Assembly (NCBI GenBank): GCA_051744985.1
Contig: JBNJDP010000003.1
Location: forward strand, 310 to 64,309
DNA from: Chlamydiota bacterium
GTDB taxonomy: Bacteria > Chlamydiota > Chlamydiia > Chlamydiales > JABHNK01
Length of the DNA: 64,000 nt
Direction: 5' to 3'
Made by a program: the position numbers and the translations under genes. Below the pieces are notes generated by a model, which made no database searches, was not told the DNA's origin, and saw nothing but the letters and a program-made list of their open reading frames with translations. This document shows positions 37,503 to 49,783 of the stretch, piece after piece. Positions within the stretch are counted from its first letter, which is position 1. Each line of letters starts with the position of its first letter.

Positions 37503-38591
37503 TTAAAGTAAGCCTAGCTGCAGAAAAAGCTTTTCAAAGACATGCGAGGCGTTAGCGCTGCGCTCGACGGCGAGTTTGGCGTCGATAAGGTATTGCTGGA
37601 CTTCTTCCAAGGCGGGCAGGGGATAGGAATATTCTTTAAGTTGGGAAAGGCGGTCGCTATTAAAAAGATGCTCTTCGGCCCCCCCTACAGCTAAGAGGTG
37701 ACAATCGCGATACCATGATATAAGGTAATCAAGGAGTGTTTCCACCTCCCTGGTCATACTTACCGATACCATACCTTCGACCTCCTTGCGCAAGGTATGG
37801 CGCTGCTGAGCGCTAAGGTCATCGAAGGAGCTTAGGATATGTTCAGCCTGGGCTTTAGCTTCTGTAGCGCTTTGAGAAGCTTTGATAACTTCCGCTATTT
37901 TATCGACAGCTTGACGCAAAGAGGTATAATCTCTAAAGCGTCCTTGAGCCAAAATATCCAGGATCATATCACGCTTGCGATCACCGTCATTAGTTGCCAG
38001 CCGTACAGCTTTACCGAGGGAGCCACAGCTCAAGCTAGCATAAAGAGAAGCTTTATCATCAGAGCAATTATGGTGTTCTTTAAGGTATGCTACAATATCC
38101 TCTTCCTTGAGAGGCTTAAAGAAAATTTTACGACACCTCGATAAGATGGTAGGCAATAGTCTTTCGGGGTTGTCGCTCAGAAGGATGATAACAGTATGGG
38201 AGGGAGGCTCCTCGAAGGTTTTCAGTAGAGCATTAGCGCTGTAAGAGATCATCCTCTCCGCATCGTAGATGATAAAAACCTTGTAATCTGCCTCATTAGG
38301 AGGCAAAAAAACCTCTTCACCTAAACGACGCAAGCTTTCCATGCTATGCAAGCCTGCTTTACCTTCAGGGCGATAATGATAGACGTCGGGGTGGTTGCCA
38401 TGGTCAACTTTTTGAAAAGCCCTTGCCTCATCACTATTAAGGGCAACCAAACGCTTAGCAAACTCTTCAGCAAACAAGCTCTTACCCACCCCCGAAGGGC
38501 CGGCAAAGAGTAAAGAATTGCCAAATTTGCCGGAATCAAGAACTTCTAGCAAGCTACTCTTAATAAGCGGGTTTCCCAGCAGGTGATCCAT
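37503..38591 (-). CDS. holB: DNA polymerase III delta-prime subunit
   Basis: LLFAGPSGVGKSLFAEEFAKRL, ANALLKTFEEPP and LSRCRKIFFKPL are clamp-loader motifs. Confidence 0.85.
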   Translation of the reverse strand: MDHLLGNPLIKSSLLEVLDSGKFGNSLLFAGPSGVGKSLFAEEFAKRLVALNSDEARAFQKVDHGNHPDVYHYRPEGKAGLHSMESLRRLGEEVFLPPNEADYKVFIIYDAERMISYSANALLKTFEEPPSHTVIILLSDNPERLLPTILSRCRKIFFKPLKEEDIVAYLKEHHNCSDDKASLYASLSCGSLGKAVRLATNDGDRKRDMILDILAQGRFRDYTSLRQAVDKIAEVIKASQSATEAKAQAEHILSSFDDLSAQQRHTLRKEVEGMVSVSMTREVETLLDYLISWYRDCHLLAVGGAEEHLFNSDRLSQLKEYSYPLPALEEVQQYLIDAKLAVERSANASHVFEKLFLQLGLL

Positions 38592-38592
38592 A

Positions 38593-39207
38593 CTAGATCC
38601 TATCTTTGACAGCCTGAAGAGCTTTAGTATAAACCTCTTCGATACTCAAAGAAGCATCGATAGTAACATAGCGCTGGGGATGCTGTACGGCAAGTTGGCG
38701 AAAATACTCTCTAACCTGGTGGTGAAAAGTCAGCTCTTCAGATTCCATACGGTCACTGGTTGTAGAGCGCCCCAGACCTTTTTGAGGATCGATATCCAAG
38801 AGGATAGTCATATGGGGCCAGACATCTCCGCATACAAAGCGGCAGAGATCTTCGACTTTCTGTAAGCCAAAGCCACGCCCACCACCTTGGTAAGCTATCG
38901 AAGAATCACTAAAGCGATCACAGATCACTACCTCTCCGCGTTCGAGAGCAGGATCGATAAGCTCTTCGACATGCTGAGCCCGTGCCGCCAAGAAGAGCAT
39001 CAGCTCAGCACGATCCCCAACAGGCACTGCCCCCTCATTATTGAGGAGCCAATGTCTGATCTGCTCGCTAAGCAAAGAACCGCCAGGCTCACGGGTGGTG
39101 ACAACTTTGCGACCTTGACCTCGTAAAGCTTCGGCAAGCTTTTTCATCAAGGTCGTCTTACCGCTGCCTTCACCACCTTCCAAGGTTATAAAAAAACCCT
39201 TACTCAT
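38593..39207 (-). CDS. tmk: Thymidylate kinase
   Basis: FITLEGGEGSGKTT P-loop, then DRFSDSSIAYQGGGRG. Confidence 0.92.
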   Translation of the reverse strand: MSKGFFITLEGGEGSGKTTLMKKLAEALRGQGRKVVTTREPGGSLLSEQIRHWLLNNEGAVPVGDRAELMLFLAARAQHVEELIDPALERGEVVICDRFSDSSIAYQGGGRGFGLQKVEDLCRFVCGDVWPHMTILLDIDPQKGLGRSTTSDRMESEELTFHHQVREYFRQLAVQHPQRYVTIDASLSIEEVYTKALQAVKDRI

Positions 39208-41755
39208 CGGTAATAGTCTCTTCTTCAGTACTTACCTCTTCGACAACTGTGGTATCTTCTGCGGGGGTGGCTTCTCCTGAAACATTATCTGCAACCTCGG
39301 CGATCTCCTCACCATCGACTTCATCGATATTTTCGATTTTTTGGACAGCTACCAGATGATCATCATCACGGAGGTGGACGAGCCTCACCCCTTGGGTGCT
39401 GCGTCCCATGACTCTAACATCAGCCATCCTTATACGGATAGCCACTCCTGTCGAAGACATCAAGATCGCGCCATCGCTATCTTGAGCATGAATAACACCC
39501 ATCACATCACCATTGCGCTCATTGGTGATGATAGCTCTGACACCGACACCACCACGGTTAGTTTCGCGGAAATCTTCAACTGCGGTGCGCTTGCCATAAC
39601 CATTTTTACTTACAATGAGCATAGTATCTTCGGGGCTAACAACCTGAGACTCTACAACCCTATCATCCCTTAAAGTTATACCTTTAACGCCACGTGCCGT
39701 ACGTCCCATAGCCCTAACTTTTTCATGATCAAAACGGACAGCCATCCCTTTAGCGGTGAAAACCATTACATCCTGGCCATCTCTAACCAAGCGGGCGGCG
39801 ATAACTTTGTCGCCTTCATCGATAGTAAGAGCATATACTCCGGTACGGCGAGGCTTGCTGAAGGATTGTAGATGAGTTTTCTTTACGATACCGTTAAGGG
39901 TCGTGTGGATGATATAAGCATCCTCCTCAAAAGAGCTGACGCGCAAGACAGTGGCAACATGCTCATCGGGTTTAAGGTCGTTGAGCAAGTTGACGATAGG
40001 GCGCCCTTTGGAGCGTCTGCCAGTTTCGGGAACCTGCCAAGCTTTCAGCCAATAACATCTTCCTAGGGTAGTAAATATCAGCAAGGTATCATGGGTGTTA
40101 GCGACATAGAGGTCTTTAGTAACATCTCCACCGCTTTTCATCGTCATACCAGCTTTTCCATGGCCACCACGGCGCTGCTCGCGGAAGGTGTCGATAGGCA
40201 TGCGCTTGATATAGTCATCTTTGGAAATGGTTATCACTGTAGGCTCATTAGCTATCAGGTCTTCCATCTCCATCATGTCAGTAGCCACTTGCAGAATCTG
40301 GCTGCGGCGGGGAGATCTATGGTTCTTCTGTATAGCTTGGAGCTCTTCCCTGATAATATCACGAACAAGATCCTCACTTCCCAAGATAGCTTTAAGCTCA
40401 GCAATCTTCGTCAGCAGATCATCATATTCGGCTTGAATTTTAGCACTTTCCAGTCCGGTAAGTTGATATAGTTTTAAATCCAAAACTGCATTAACTTGGC
40501 GTTCGGTAAATTCGAAGCGTTCAATAAGCTCTGCTTTAGCTTGAAGGCGGTCATCACTGCTTCTAATAGCCTTCACCACCTCATCCATATTATCGATAGC
40601 TTTAAGATAGCCTTCCAGGATATGAGCTCTGGCTTCGGCCTTGTTAAGTTCAAAGCGTGTGCGGCGTCTGATAACTTCGATACGGTGATCGATCCAGAGA
40701 GAGATCATCTGTTTAACATTCAGAGTACGAGGCAAGCCTTTGTCGAGGGCAAGCATGATACAGCCGAAGGTTGTCTGAAGATCGCTATACTTATATAGCT
40801 GATTAAGGATCACATCGGGAAGCTCATTACGCTTAAGATCCATCACCATACGGATGCCGTCTTTGTCCGACTCGTCGCGTAAATCAGAGATGCCAGTAAT
40901 TTCCTTATTATTGATGAGGTTAGCGATATGCTCAATAAGGCGTGATTTGTTGACATTATAAGGAAGCTCATCGACAACAATACGCTGACGATCACCGGAA
41001 CCACTGATATCTTCGGTATGGGTAACAGCTCGTAGAATTAAGCGCCCACGCCCGGTATTATAAGCTTCATGGATACCTTTATATCCGCATATTATGCCGC
41101 CGGTAGGGAAATCAGGTCCGGGCATAACCTCCATAATGTCATTGATAGTGGCATTACGGTTATCGAGTACCAGCATAGTAGCATTGAGAAGCTCATTGAA
41201 ATTATGAGGAGGAATGTTGGTAGCCATCCCAACTGCGATCCCCGAAGAGCCGTTGCAGAGGAGGTTGGGGAATTTCGATGGGAAGACTACGGGTTCTTGC
41301 TGAGTTTCATCGTAGTTAGCAACCATATCGACAGTATCTTTGTCGAGATCTTCCATCAGCTGAATGGAAGCATGGGTCAAGCGCGCCTCAGTATAACGCA
41401 TAGCAGCGGGAGGGTCACCATCGACAGAGCCGAAGTTACCCTGGCCATCGACTAATTTATAGCGCATAATCCATTCTTGGGCCATCCTTACCAAGGTAGG
41501 ATAAATCACCTGCTCACCATGAGGGTGAAAGTCACCAGAAGTATCACCAGAGATCTTAGCACACTTACGGTGCTTACCACCGGGGGTAAGGTTTAGGTGA
41601 CGCATAGCGTAGAGGATTCTACGCTGGGAAGGTTTTAAACCATCACGAACGTCGGGAAGCGCACGTGAGATGATTACTGACATGGAGTAACGAAGATAGC
41701 TTTCCTTAACTTCGTCTTCAACACTGCGTAATGTAATCCCTTGGGGAGTTGTCAT
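39200..41755 (-). CDS. gyrA: DNA gyrase subunit A
   Basis: [29 protein letters not shown] and [10 protein letters not shown], with C-terminal beta-pinwheel repeats and an acidic tail. Confidence 0.97.
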   Translation of the reverse strand: MTTPQGITLRSVEDEVKESYLRYSMSVIISRALPDVRDGLKPSQRRILYAMRHLNLTPGGKHRKCAKISGDTSGDFHPHGEQVIYPTLVRMAQEWIMRYKLVDGQGNFGSVDGDPPAAMRYTEARLTHASIQLMEDLDKDTVDMVANYDETQQEPVVFPSKFPNLLCNGSSGIAVGMATNIPPHNFNELLNATMLVLDNRNATINDIMEVMPGPDFPTGGIICGYKGIHEAYNTGRGRLILRAVTHTEDISGSGDRQRIVVDELPYNVNKSRLIEHIANLINNKEITGISDLRDESDKDGIRMVMDLKRNELPDVILNQLYKYSDLQTTFGCIMLALDKGLPRTLNVKQMISLWIDHRIEVIRRRTRFELNKAEARAHILEGYLKAIDNMDEVVKAIRSSDDRLQAKAELIERFEFTERQVNAVLDLKLYQLTGLESAKIQAEYDDLLTKIAELKAILGSEDLVRDIIREELQAIQKNHRSPRRSQILQVATDMMEMEDLIANEPTVITISKDDYIKRMPIDTFREQRRGGHGKAGMTMKSGGDVTKDLYVANTHDTLLIFTTLGRCYWLKAWQVPETGRRSKGRPIVNLLNDLKPDEHVATVLRVSSFEEDAYIIHTTLNGIVKKTHLQSFSKPRRTGVYALTIDEGDKVIAARLVRDGQDVMVFTAKGMAVRFDHEKVRAMGRTARGVKGITLRDDRVVESQVVSPEDTMLIVSKNGYGKRTAVEDFRETNRGGVGVRAIITNERNGDVMGVIHAQDSDGAILMSSTGVAIRIRMADVRVMGRSTQGVRLVHLRDDDHLVAVQKIENIDEVDGEEIAEVADNVSGEATPAEDTTVVEEVSTEEETITDE

Positions 41756-41769
41756 TTTGTCTCCTTATC

Positions 41770-44295
<2,526 letters not shown>

Positions 44296-44307
44296 TTACC
44301 TCATCAT

Positions 44308-44646
44308 TCAACCAATACGGAACAGGATATTTCTGATATCCGTACCGGGGAACTTTTTTCTCAAACTATTTAAAATTCTTCGCTTATGATACTGGCTTAA
44401 CAAGCTATACAAACTGGAATTTTTAACTTTTACCACCAAGACATTATCGTAAAAAGAAACAGCTTCGGTCATAGTGCTGAATTGGGGGCCGATAATTTCC
44501 GCCCAAGCCGCTAAAACCAAATCTCCTCGATTTTCGTAAACACTCCCTATCCCAGACATCACAGCAGAGAGGACGTCGCTTAATTGATGAGATGTCAGAG
44601 CTACCCCATCATAACCACGAGGTGTTCTAGAAACCTTTTTCGCCAT
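44308..44646 (-). CDS. DUF721 (DciA-like) protein
   Basis: AAWAEIIGPQFSTMTEAVSFYDNVLVVKVKNSSLYSLLSQ...IRNILFRIG fits the DUF721 pattern. It is adjacent to gyrB, as is common. Start moved to ATG 44646. Confidence 0.65.
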   Translation of the reverse strand: MAKKVSRTPRGYDGVALTSHQLSDVLSAVMSGIGSVYENRGDLVLAAWAEIIGPQFSTMTEAVSFYDNVLVVKVKNSSLYSLLSQYHKRRILNSLRKKFPGTDIRNILFRIG

Positions 44647-44957
44647 AATCACAATCCTCATTAGAAAGGAAAAAGTATAACCCAACAAGCATCAAACATC
44701 AAGGTTATTTTGGCCGAAAAGATGTTATATAAACGGTGAGTCAAAGGTAGAATTTATAACTCCTAAAAAAATGCACCCTTACAGTGTCACAAGAGACTTA
44801 ATGTAAATCACATAGACTCTCTTACGATAGTACAAATCTAAAGCACAATGGCTGTGCATATTATGTAATTATTTTTGATAAATGATATTATTTGCCAATA
44901 ATGAACATTAGAGCTATTTTTCAACAAAACAAGAAACAATAGGCACTAGGAGTTTCT

Positions 44958-46652
44958 ATGAGCCCCCTACACCAACACCGCTTAAAATATCAACCTAGCT
45001 TACCTTCTAATTTAAAAGACTTGGCATACGCTAAAGCCGTTCCTATGGGTGAAAAATGGTGCCAGACCGAGGAAGAAATTATACGGCAACAATTCCCCTG
45101 TACCTTTGATCAGCCATCGATGAATTTCACTACCGGAAAACATCATAACCACACCCAGCTAAAGGTAGGGGTTGTGTTATCAGGAGGTCAAGCACCTGGA
45201 GGCCACAACGTTATCACTGGAATCTTCGATGCCTTGCAAGCCTATAGCACGGAAAGTTTATTATATGGTTTTTGCAACGGTGCCGACGGCATCCTTAAAA
45301 ACGAAACCCTGTTAATCGATGCTGCTCTTGCTGATCAATACCGCAACCAAGGGGGCTTCGATATGATCGGCTCTAGTCGCACAAAGCTAGAAACCCCTAA
45401 CCAGCTAGAAGCTTCTTTAAAAACTGCTCGCGAATTAGATCTCGATGGACTAGTAATTATCGGTGGCGACGATTCCAACACCAATGCAGCCTTTTTAGCG
45501 GAATATTTCAAAGCTCACAACTGCAAAACTTGTGTTGTAGGGGTCCCCAAAACCATCGACGGCGACCTCACCAACAAATATATCGAAGCTTCTTTCGGTT
45601 TCGACACAGCCTGCAAAATATATTCAGAGCTTATCGGCAATATTGCTCGCGATGCATTTTCAGCTAAAAAGTATTACTTCTTTATCAAGCTCATGGGCCG
45701 CTCTGCATCTCATATTACCTTAGAGTGCGCAATGCAAACCCACCCCAACATTGCTTTAATCGGCGAAGAAATCGCTGCTAAAAACATCACTTTTTCAGCG
45801 ATCATCAAGATGATCGCCGACCTAATCTGCAAGCGCGCCGAGCGAGGCAAAAACTATGGCGTTATTTTAGTTTCCGAAGGGCTGATAGAATTCATCCCTG
45901 AATTCCACCAGCTGATCAATGAGCTCAACGCCTTTATCAACCGTGATGACAGCATACCCACAGATCATAAAATCGCCCAAGCAGAGCAGATGCTAACACC
46001 ACCTTCTTTAGCTTGCTTCAAAACCCTACCCACCTACGTACAGCGCCAGCTACTTTTTGATCGCGATCCCCATGGCAATGTCCAAGTTTCCAAGATCGAA
46101 ACTGAAAAGCTTATCAATGACGCCGTTTATGCCGAACTAAAAAAACGTCACAAGAACCAGCAATTTACCGGCAAGTTCCGTGGTCAAAACGAATTTTTCG
46201 GCTATGAAGGTCGCTCAGGACTACCTTCCAATTTCGACTGTCAATATTGCTATTCTTTAGGTTATGTAGCAACGGCTTTGATAAACAATAATCTCAGCGG
46301 CTATATGAGCTGCATAAAAAATCTTGCTAAACCTGTCGATCAATGGAAAGCTATCGGCGTCCCCTTGACATCTATGATGCATATTGAACTACGCCACGGT
46401 GAACCTACTGCTGTTATCAAGAAAAGTCATGTAGATCTTTCAGCACCCCTCTTTGCCAAATACAAAAAAGAACGAAAGAAGTGGACCGAGGAAGACTCCT
46501 ACCGCTACCCCGGCCCAATACAATTTTTTGGTCCCTCCGAAGTTACTGAAGCTACCACCATTTCATTACAAGAGAACGAGCATCATCAGCAAGCTATGCC
46601 TAGCGGAGAGAACAAAGCCCAAGAATACACAAAACATCATGCGTTTACTTAA
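44958..46652 (+). CDS. pfp: Pyrophosphate-dependent 6-phosphofructokinase (long PPi-PFK type)
   Basis: VGVVLSGGQAPGGHNVI, VIIGGDDSNTNAA, GVPKTIDGDL and MGRSASHI. The 564-aa length is typical of chlamydial and plant-type PPi-PFKs. Confidence 0.85.
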   Translation: MSPLHQHRLKYQPSLPSNLKDLAYAKAVPMGEKWCQTEEEIIRQQFPCTFDQPSMNFTTGKHHNHTQLKVGVVLSGGQAPGGHNVITGIFDALQAYSTESLLYGFCNGADGILKNETLLIDAALADQYRNQGGFDMIGSSRTKLETPNQLEASLKTARELDLDGLVIIGGDDSNTNAAFLAEYFKAHNCKTCVVGVPKTIDGDLTNKYIEASFGFDTACKIYSELIGNIARDAFSAKKYYFFIKLMGRSASHITLECAMQTHPNIALIGEEIAAKNITFSAIIKMIADLICKRAERGKNYGVILVSEGLIEFIPEFHQLINELNAFINRDDSIPTDHKIAQAEQMLTPPSLACFKTLPTYVQRQLLFDRDPHGNVQVSKIETEKLINDAVYAELKKRHKNQQFTGKFRGQNEFFGYEGRSGLPSNFDCQYCYSLGYVATALINNNLSGYMSCIKNLAKPVDQWKAIGVPLTSMMHIELRHGEPTAVIKKSHVDLSAPLFAKYKKERKKWTEEDSYRYPGPIQFFGPSEVTEATTISLQENEHHQQAMPSGENKAQEYTKHHAFT

Positions 46653-46658
46653 CGGCTA

Positions 46659-47702
46659 TCACTTAAAATAATCTTCCAAATCTTTCAATTCTCGCCTAAT
46701 AGCTTCATCTTCGGCTTCTTTATTGACACCATTAGGCTGCTCCTCTTTTTGTTTCATTTCTTGGGAGAGCTCCCTGTCGAACTGAATATCTTCGTCTAGT
46801 GATGTCACCTCTGCATTTCTGGCGTAGAATTCCAGAGCTGAGTTAATTTCATCTATAATCGCTGTAAATTGTTTTGCATTGATACAATCGGCAAAAAGCA
46901 TATTACGGGCAACTTCAACCTCTTCGCAACCTCCCGATAAGGCGGCTTTTTTCAACTTATCGATATGACCAGGAAAACGATTAGAATTATTTTCAAGGAT
47001 ATCCCTTAAAGTGCCACTCAAAATGCCTACTGAGATGGCTTTAGAGTCAGAAAATTGCAATGCGGAAGCTTGCCCTAACCTTATACGCTTTTTTTTCACA
47101 AGAGCCTGCATATCGCTATTAACCTTTAAGCTGCGCTGTAAAGGCTTTCCCCTAGCTTTCAGCTCCTGTGCTCTATCCGCCCTGATAGCCTTTTTTTCTT
47201 GAAGTTTTTCTATAGCCTTAGCTTCAGGGTCACTGGATTCCAGTATATCTAACTGATCAGAAAGAGATAGATCTTTTGATAATTTTAACACATCCGGGCG
47301 CCCTGCCAATTTTTCTTTAAACATGTGAGGAATTCCGGTTCGAGAACAATAGCTTTTTATTTCCTTTTCTATCTTTTGAAAATCATCCATCGAAATACAC
47401 TTATTAGCAAGAAGGTTTCTCGCGACCCTTATAGCTTTTACCGCCGGATTCTCAACTTTTGCTGTTCCTGGAAGCGCCTCCCAAATGCCGCCCTCCATTT
47501 TATCTGCAGCTTTAAAAAGCTTATCTTTCAATGTAGAGCTTAGATCTTGAAATCGAACCTGCGATTCTACTAAATGATGACTTACATCGGCAACTCGCTC
47601 ATCAAGCTCCTGTAAGGGAGCATTTACAATGTTATTAACCTGAGTTTCTTCCAATCTCTTATATCTAGCGCTAAGATCTCCGCCAATAGAATTTGGATTC
47701 AT
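46659..47702 (-). CDS. Hypothetical coiled-coil protein with an internal duplicated segment
   Basis: ORF with AAAGGAG SD before the internal ATG (M23 of the track ORF). My hand indexing of this ATG differs by 1 nt from the track frame, so I used the frame-consistent coordinate. Duplicated motif VARNLLANKCISMDDFQKIEKEI / VARNMLFADCINAKQFTAIIDEI. Confidence 0.5.
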   Translation of the reverse strand: MNPNSIGGDLSARYKRLEETQVNNIVNAPLQELDERVADVSHHLVESQVRFQDLSSTLKDKLFKAADKMEGGIWEALPGTAKVENPAVKAIRVARNLLANKCISMDDFQKIEKEIKSYCSRTGIPHMFKEKLAGRPDVLKLSKDLSLSDQLDILESSDPEAKAIEKLQEKKAIRADRAQELKARGKPLQRSLKVNSDMQALVKKKRIRLGQASALQFSDSKAISVGILSGTLRDILENNSNRFPGHIDKLKKAALSGGCEEVEVARNMLFADCINAKQFTAIIDEINSALEFYARNAEVTSLDEDIQFDRELSQEMKQKEEQPNGVNKEAEDEAIRRELKDLEDYFK

Positions 47703-47764
47703 ATTTTCTCCTTTAAACTTTATTTTCAACCATAGCTTTATTATAATTTCTTTTTGTTTTATTA

Positions 47765-47801
47765 GCAAAAAAAATCCCGCCAGAAAAAAAACCGCGGGAT
47801 T
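47765..47801 (-). terminator. Rho-independent terminator downstream of the methyltransferase gene
   Basis: On the minus strand, AATCCCGC, a 13-nt loop and GCGGGATT are followed by a T-run. It starts ~37 nt after the stop at 47838. Confidence 0.6.
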
Positions 47802-47837
47802 ACAACTAATTTGAATTATAATAATGATTTATCGAGT

Positions 47838-48461
47838 TTATTTATTAACTGTCGAAAACACTATACTCCAAAGATCATGCTTTTTAAAACGGATATCACG
47901 AGAGACCGAAACCCCTGAGTTTTTGATAACTTCCGATAACTTAAGATCAGTATTCCAGCCTAAGTTACGGCAAATAGGAGCTATCCACTTCTCGATAGTC
48001 CCCCAAAACTTGCTCTTCTCATTTTGAAAATGGTTAACAAAAACTAAATTACCGTTAGGCTTTAAAACCCTCTTCATCTCGTTGATAGTTTTCACGGGAT
48101 CAGGAACCACTGAAATGACAAAAGTTGCTAAAACATGATCGAAGCTTTCGTCTTCGAATTCCAGGTTTTGAGCGTCCATCTCCTTTAAGGTAATATTCTG
48201 TAAATTTAATCTATCAACTTTTTGCTGAGCCTGCTCAAGCATTCCACTAGAAAGGTCTACACCTACCACCTCACAATCGCTAGGGTAATGCTCTAACGAT
48301 AAGCCTGTACCCACTCCAACATCTAGGACACGGTCTCCAGGCTTGATATCCATATTTTCAATTACGAACTGGACCCTGGGAGCAAAGAAAATTTTAAAGA
48401 CTCGATCGTATACTTTAGACCATAACGAATAGATAATCTTAATTTTATTTTCATGCAACAT
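47838..48461 (-). CDS. Class I SAM-dependent methyltransferase (UbiE/PmtA-like)
   Basis: VLDVGVGTGLSLE SAM-binding motif I, ~200 aa. Confidence 0.7.
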   Translation of the reverse strand: MLHENKIKIIYSLWSKVYDRVFKIFFAPRVQFVIENMDIKPGDRVLDVGVGTGLSLEHYPSDCEVVGVDLSSGMLEQAQQKVDRLNLQNITLKEMDAQNLEFEDESFDHVLATFVISVVPDPVKTINEMKRVLKPNGNLVFVNHFQNEKSKFWGTIEKWIAPICRNLGWNTDLKLSEVIKNSGVSVSRDIRFKKHDLWSIVFSTVNK

Positions 48462-48601
48462 AGCCTGTCTCCTAGTTATTAAAAAAACTTAAAATAACAC
48501 ACTTCCCACATCGATTCAAGGTTTATCAAGTTAGAATATTTTTTAAACTGTGATTGTAACCTGTTCCGCAGCCATAGCGTTTGGCTAAAGATCAAAAGGG
48601 A

Positions 48602-49492
48602 TCACGAATTCAACTTACTAGCGAGTTGCAAAACTGCTAACTCTTTAGCCTTGGCTTCGATCTCTACAGTCAACGGGTCTATTTGCATCCAAAACTTCGG
48701 GAAATCCTGGAAATCGATATAGTCGGCATGTTTAAAGGGCGCAGAGCCTTGCCAACCGTTCAAGGGTGAAGAAAGATGAAAAAGAGGTTCTCGCCGCCAG
48801 GTTTCTAATGCTGCTAAGGTAGCCTCCTCTTCTCCTAGTCGATCGGGAAGGCAACGGTGGTGATGAACATCATATACAAGAGGAAGGTCAATCCTATTAC
48901 ATATTGGCAACAAATCCTGAGGAGTATAGCTTTTGTCATCATTTTCTATCGTCAAGCAGCGCCGCGTTCGCTCTGAAAGGCGCTCCAAATTTTTTTCTAA
49001 GCGCTCCAGAGCTTTCTTTTTATCACCGTAGACACCACCAGCATGAATATTGATAAGATCTATCCCCAATAGGTCTGCCAAGAAGCCATGGTATTCCAAC
49101 TCTCTCAAGCTATTTTCCACAACATCATGACGCAGTGAATTCACAACCACAAACTGATCGGGATGGGTGGTAAGCCTAACATTACAATCTTTAGCACGCC
49201 TCTTACAATAATCAGCCTTAGCATATAAATCAGCGCTATCCGGCAAATCTTCCAAAGAGTAACCATGCTGGGGATGAGTATAAAGAGGAAAAAATCGGCT
49301 GGTAATACGAAAACTTCCTATCCCCTGATGATGACAAAAGAGAATGCTTTTTTCTAGCTGCTCAAAATTATGCTCGATAAGGGTGCTTAAAAAACGGGCA
49401 GGATCTTTTTGACGTTTTAAATTAGTAAGAGTAGTTATCCTGAAGTGGATGGGCTGTTCGACAAACTTACAACATAAACCTAAGCGTATCAT
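48602..49492 (-). CDS. uvdE: UV damage endonuclease
   Basis: MIRLGLCCKF..., IGSFRITSRFFPLYTHP, TTHPDQFVVVNS, NIHAGGVYGDKK, LTIENDD and VYDVHHH are UvdE/UvsE TIM-barrel motifs. Start moved to ATG 49492 because the track's N-terminal extension overlaps the tRNA gene. Confidence 0.85.
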   Translation of the reverse strand: MIRLGLCCKFVEQPIHFRITTLTNLKRQKDPARFLSTLIEHNFEQLEKSILFCHHQGIGSFRITSRFFPLYTHPQHGYSLEDLPDSADLYAKADYCKRRAKDCNVRLTTHPDQFVVVNSLRHDVVENSLRELEYHGFLADLLGIDLINIHAGGVYGDKKKALERLEKNLERLSERTRRCLTIENDDKSYTPQDLLPICNRIDLPLVYDVHHHRCLPDRLGEEEATLAALETWRREPLFHLSSPLNGWQGSAPFKHADYIDFQDFPKFWMQIDPLTVEIEAKAKELAVLQLASKLNS

Positions 49493-49513
49493 CAGCAAAA
49501 GAATAAAAAATAT

Positions 49514-49586
49514 ATACCGGCAGTCGGACTCGAACCAACGACACACGGATTATGATTCCGTTGCTCTACCACCTGAGCTATACCGG
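49514..49586 (-). tRNA. tRNA with CAU anticodon (elongator Met, or Ile2 if lysidine-modified)
   Basis: Hand-folded cloverleaf: GCCGGTA TA GCTC AGGTGGTA GAGC A ACGGA ATCATAA TCCGT GTGTC GTTGG TTCGAGT CCGAC TGCCGGT A. No encoded CCA. Confidence 0.85.
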
Positions 49587-49602
49587 CATATCGTGGATTA
49601 AA

Positions 49603-49638
49603 ATTAACGGTGGGCAATGAAACATTGCCCACCGTTAA
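49603..49638 (-). terminator. Perfect 16-bp hairpin between the two tRNA genes (terminator-like, U/A runs on both sides)
   Basis: ttaacggtgggcaatg, aaaa, cattgcccaccgttaa. On the minus strand it is followed by TTTTAAT. Confidence 0.5.
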
Positions 49639-49642
49639 AAAA

Positions 49643-49715
49643 TAGCGGGGGTAGGATTCGAACCTACGACCTTTGGGTTATGAGCCCAACGAGCTGACCC
49701 CTGCTCTACCCCGCG
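49643..49715 (-). tRNA. Initiator tRNA-fMet (CAU)
   Basis: CGCGGGG TA GAGC AGGGGTCA GCTC G TTGGG CTCATAA CCCAA AGGTC GTAGG TTCGAAT CCTAC CCCCGCT A. It has a position 1:72 mismatch (C:U) and three G-C pairs closing the anticodon stem, and is near-identical in layout to E. coli tRNA-fMet. Confidence 0.9.
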
Positions 49716-49783
49716 GTAGCTTTAAAGAAATTAAAGATTAGCAGAACCCTCTTTTTTTAGGCAACCCCTAAAATAAAAAAAAA

